Shown piece after piece: positions 61,641 through 64,000 of a stretch of 64,000 nucleotides of DNA. The stretch is taken from positions 186,001-250,000 of IMG/VR virus record IMGVR_UViG_3300042391_000634, one strand, 5' to 3'. The notes under the pieces are model-generated. The model was not told where the DNA came from. It searched no databases and was given only the letters and a program-made list of their open reading frames with translations. The position numbers and the translations under genes are program-made. Position 1 is the first letter of the stretch. The number at the start of each line of letters is the position of its first letter.

Positions 61641-61859
61641 ATGAGATACATAATACTAAAAGAACTTTTACCATCGTTAAAAAATGAACCAGATTATGAT
61701 GAAAATATGAATTTCATAACAAAATGTTTGTGTATTGAAAACGACGAATTATATGTGTACGATACATTAGGTGAGGCCGAATTAAAAAAACAAGAATTAT
61801 TGAATGATAGTAGATATGAAGGTAGAGAATTAAAAATAAAAGAAACAACTGAATTTTAA
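61641..61859 (+). CDS. Small hypothetical protein within the LamG array
   Basis: Likely ATG 61641 (MRYIILKE) preceded by TATTTATT. Confidence 0.5.
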   Translation: MRYIILKELLPSLKNEPDYDENMNFITKCLCIENDELYVYDTLGEAELKKQELLNDSRYEGRELKIKETTEF

Positions 61860-61860
61860 T

Positions 61861-62574
61861 ATGCCAATAGATTTAAATGGAAATATAATATCATCAACTT
61901 CAATTACTGGAAGTACATTTAGTAATTCTATTATTACTGATGGATTAATTATGCATTTAGACGCTGGAAATAAAAATTCATATATTGGTAGTGGTACAAA
62001 TATTTACGATATTGCAGGTAGTAATTACACGGGTTCTTTAATCAATAGTCCAACATATTCAACAGGAAGTTTAACATTGAATGGTTCATCACAATATATT
62101 AATATGAACGCTTCAGCTGTAGTACCTGGCGGTGCAAGTTCATATAGTGTATCTACTTGGGTATATAGAACAAGAAATGATGTTGGATACGAAGAAGTAT
62201 TAGCTCAATGGACATATGCAAATTCAGGTAATTCATTCTATTTTGGTTTTAATAATAGTAATGTTAGATTTAGTGATACTTGGTATAATGTAACAGTTTC
62301 AGGTGCTGGAACTATAAATACTTGGATGAATATTGTTGGAGTTAATTTCGGCGGGTCAAATGCTCATATTTACATAAATGGAAATTTGATGGCGGTCAAG
62401 GGTTCTGCATTAACATATACAGGAACTGCAAATATGATTATAGGTAGGCAGGGTGAGTTAGATGGAGAATATTTTTCAGGTAAAATTGGTCAAATATTAA
62501 TATACAATAAGGCTTTAAATAAAGCTGAAATTTTAAATAATTACTATTCAACTAAATCTAGATTTGGATTATAA
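61861..62574 (+). CDS. LamG/concanavalin A-like lectin domain protein
   Basis: GLIMHLDA..SY.GSG, YING, FSGKIGQILIYNKAL, KSRFGL. Confidence 0.8.
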   Translation: MPIDLNGNIISSTSITGSTFSNSIITDGLIMHLDAGNKNSYIGSGTNIYDIAGSNYTGSLINSPTYSTGSLTLNGSSQYINMNASAVVPGGASSYSVSTWVYRTRNDVGYEEVLAQWTYANSGNSFYFGFNNSNVRFSDTWYNVTVSGAGTINTWMNIVGVNFGGSNAHIYINGNLMAVKGSALTYTGTANMIIGRQGELDGEYFSGKIGQILIYNKALNKAEILNNYYSTKSRFGL

Positions 62575-62586
62575 AATAAAATAACT

Positions 62587-63183
62587 ATGGGATTTAATAT
62601 AGGAGGTTCTACTTTATCGTCATCAATGTTAACACCGGATGGTGTTATATTACCAAAAAACTTTAAAAGAGTTACAAGTGATATGATTGATAGTGTAGTT
62701 AACACAAACTGTACACTTTTATCACAAGGAAATGATAGTACCGGTGGATATGCAATTTCATATCAATTTAATTTAGGTGGATGTGGTGGTACTGAATCTG
62801 GTTTATATGTTAAAATAAAAAACACAATTACTTGGTCAAGAATATTTTGTAAATTTACAAATGAAGGTAGTGCCGCATGTTGGACATTTAATCAAAATGG
62901 TTATGGTGGACTATCACCTAACTTAGCATCTTATAATACTGGATTAGGTGACATTATATTTCGTTGGGATGCATCAAATGCATTTGAAAATACACAATTT
63001 AATGTACAAACTGGCGCATGTGATAATGAGGCTACAAATTTTATGAGATTCAGTGGTGTCAAATCTTTTTATATGTTTATGAGAAGAAATGATAGTAATA
63101 TTGCCGGAATCGGTCACGGTAGATCTTGTAATTCTACCGGCGGAGGATCTTATTGTACAATATCAGAAATTTATATAATATAA
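62587..63183 (+). CDS. Cys-containing non-LamG protein sharing the array's N-terminal motif
   Basis: Starts MGFNIGG like its neighbours; several Cys; no LamG motifs. Confidence 0.55.
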   Translation: MGFNIGGSTLSSSMLTPDGVILPKNFKRVTSDMIDSVVNTNCTLLSQGNDSTGGYAISYQFNLGGCGGTESGLYVKIKNTITWSRIFCKFTNEGSAACWTFNQNGYGGLSPNLASYNTGLGDIIFRWDASNAFENTQFNVQTGACDNEATNFMRFSGVKSFYMFMRRNDSNIAGIGHGRSCNSTGGGSYCTISEIYII

Positions 63184-63187
63184 CATT

Positions 63188-63964
63188 ATGCCATTAGATT
63201 TAACAGGAAATAAATTAAATAGTACTTCAATAGGCCCCAAAGGTGAAGTTTTAAAACAAATCTCATCTGATGGTCTGATATTTCATGTTGATGCTGCAAA
63301 TAAAAATTCTTATTTAGGTTCGGGGTCAACATGGGTTGATTTAAGTGGTAACAATAATAATGGTACATTATATAACTCACCAACCTTTGCTTCAAATGAT
63401 GCAATTGGTAATTTAGCATTTAATGGATCAAATCAATACATGCAAGCAAATATCTCATCAACACTATTAAATGGTGATCCAAATTTTACAATTGAAATGT
63501 TTGTAAAAAGAACAGCAACATTAGTCGGTACGGCAGGTGCTTATTGGGGATTGGGACAAGGAGGAACACAAGGATTTGCAGTACAAGGATGGACACCTAC
63601 AGATAATAGAATACATATGGATTTATGGGATTCATCAAGAGTTGATACTCAACAAGATTATCCATTAAACACTTGGGTTCATATTGTTTGGTCTAAAATA
63701 GGTACGGGTATTAGTCCTAGTACGGTTAATTGTTTTATAAATGGTGTTGCGGCAAGTTGTATATCAGGTAGAGAACAAACATCAGGACCAAACTATCCAA
63801 CATCGACCGCAGGTAATGGTATTGCAATTGGAAGAATTGCCGGTAATTACGATGGATACTATGGACAAATGAAAATGGGTGTTTTTAGAGTGTACACAAG
63901 AGGTATATCATTAAAAGAAGCGGCACAAAATTTTAATAGTCAAAAATCAAGGTTTGGTTTATAG
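63188..63964 (+). CDS. LamG/concanavalin A-like lectin domain protein
   Basis: GLIFHVDA..SY.GSGSTWVDLSG, WVHIV, FING, KSRFGL. Confidence 0.8.
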   Translation: MPLDLTGNKLNSTSIGPKGEVLKQISSDGLIFHVDAANKNSYLGSGSTWVDLSGNNNNGTLYNSPTFASNDAIGNLAFNGSNQYMQANISSTLLNGDPNFTIEMFVKRTATLVGTAGAYWGLGQGGTQGFAVQGWTPTDNRIHMDLWDSSRVDTQQDYPLNTWVHIVWSKIGTGISPSTVNCFINGVAASCISGREQTSGPNYPTSTAGNGIAIGRIAGNYDGYYGQMKMGVFRVYTRGISLKEAAQNFNSQKSRFGL

Positions 63965-64000
63965 AAATATTTTTCTTATATTATCTTAATGATTACCAAT

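Noticed and set aside
59428-63964. Diversity-generating retroelement or invertase shufflon acting on the lectin array
   Set aside because: No reverse transcriptase, recombinase, adenine-variant template repeat or inverted crossover sites were seen in this window.
1-64000. Stop-codon reassignment (TAG/TGA) as in some large phages
   Set aside because: Genes are intact and tightly packed under code 11. TAG stops abut the next starts, and read-through at 19786 and 30687 meets TAA within a few codons.

Overview
This AT-rich, gene-dense window is almost entirely + strand and reads best as part of a large (jumbo/huge) tailed phage genome with a Bacteroidota host. Host evidence: a short Bacteroidota-type RpoD sigma factor, an Hc1-like protein, a DUF6576-like tail, TAnnTTTG promoter elements, and A-rich start regions without Shine-Dalgarno sites. 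Layout: (1) 1-18 kb, baseplate/virion structural genes, several with Pro-Thr linkers and Cys-bounded modules. (2) 18-26.5 kb, replication/recombination genes (RuvC-like resolvase, primase, PD-(D/E)XK nuclease, SbcD and SbcC separated by five genes including a putative R-M pair), plus a candidate small RNA. (3) 26.5-40.4 kb, ClpP, sigma factor, a putative lysis cassette with a candidate -1 frameshift, probable internal head proteins, Hc1, Dam-like MTase, NusG, AAA ATPase, thioredoxin and glutaredoxin. (4) 40.5-64 kb, four giant Gly-X-Y (GSS/GTS) fibre proteins, two PT-repeat proteins and a tandem array of LamG-like lectin genes. The most novel-looking signals are a possible scaffold/docking system of tethered Cys-beta-strand peptides and partner domains, a Cys module split at the same point across consecutive genes, a pervasive [S/T]-G-x-T / [S/T]-G-S motif concentrated in virion proteins (possible glycosylation sequon), and the frameshift. 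All family assignments come from motif recognition by eye; no searches were run. No tRNA, rRNA, CRISPR array, integrase, transposase or reverse transcriptase was seen.
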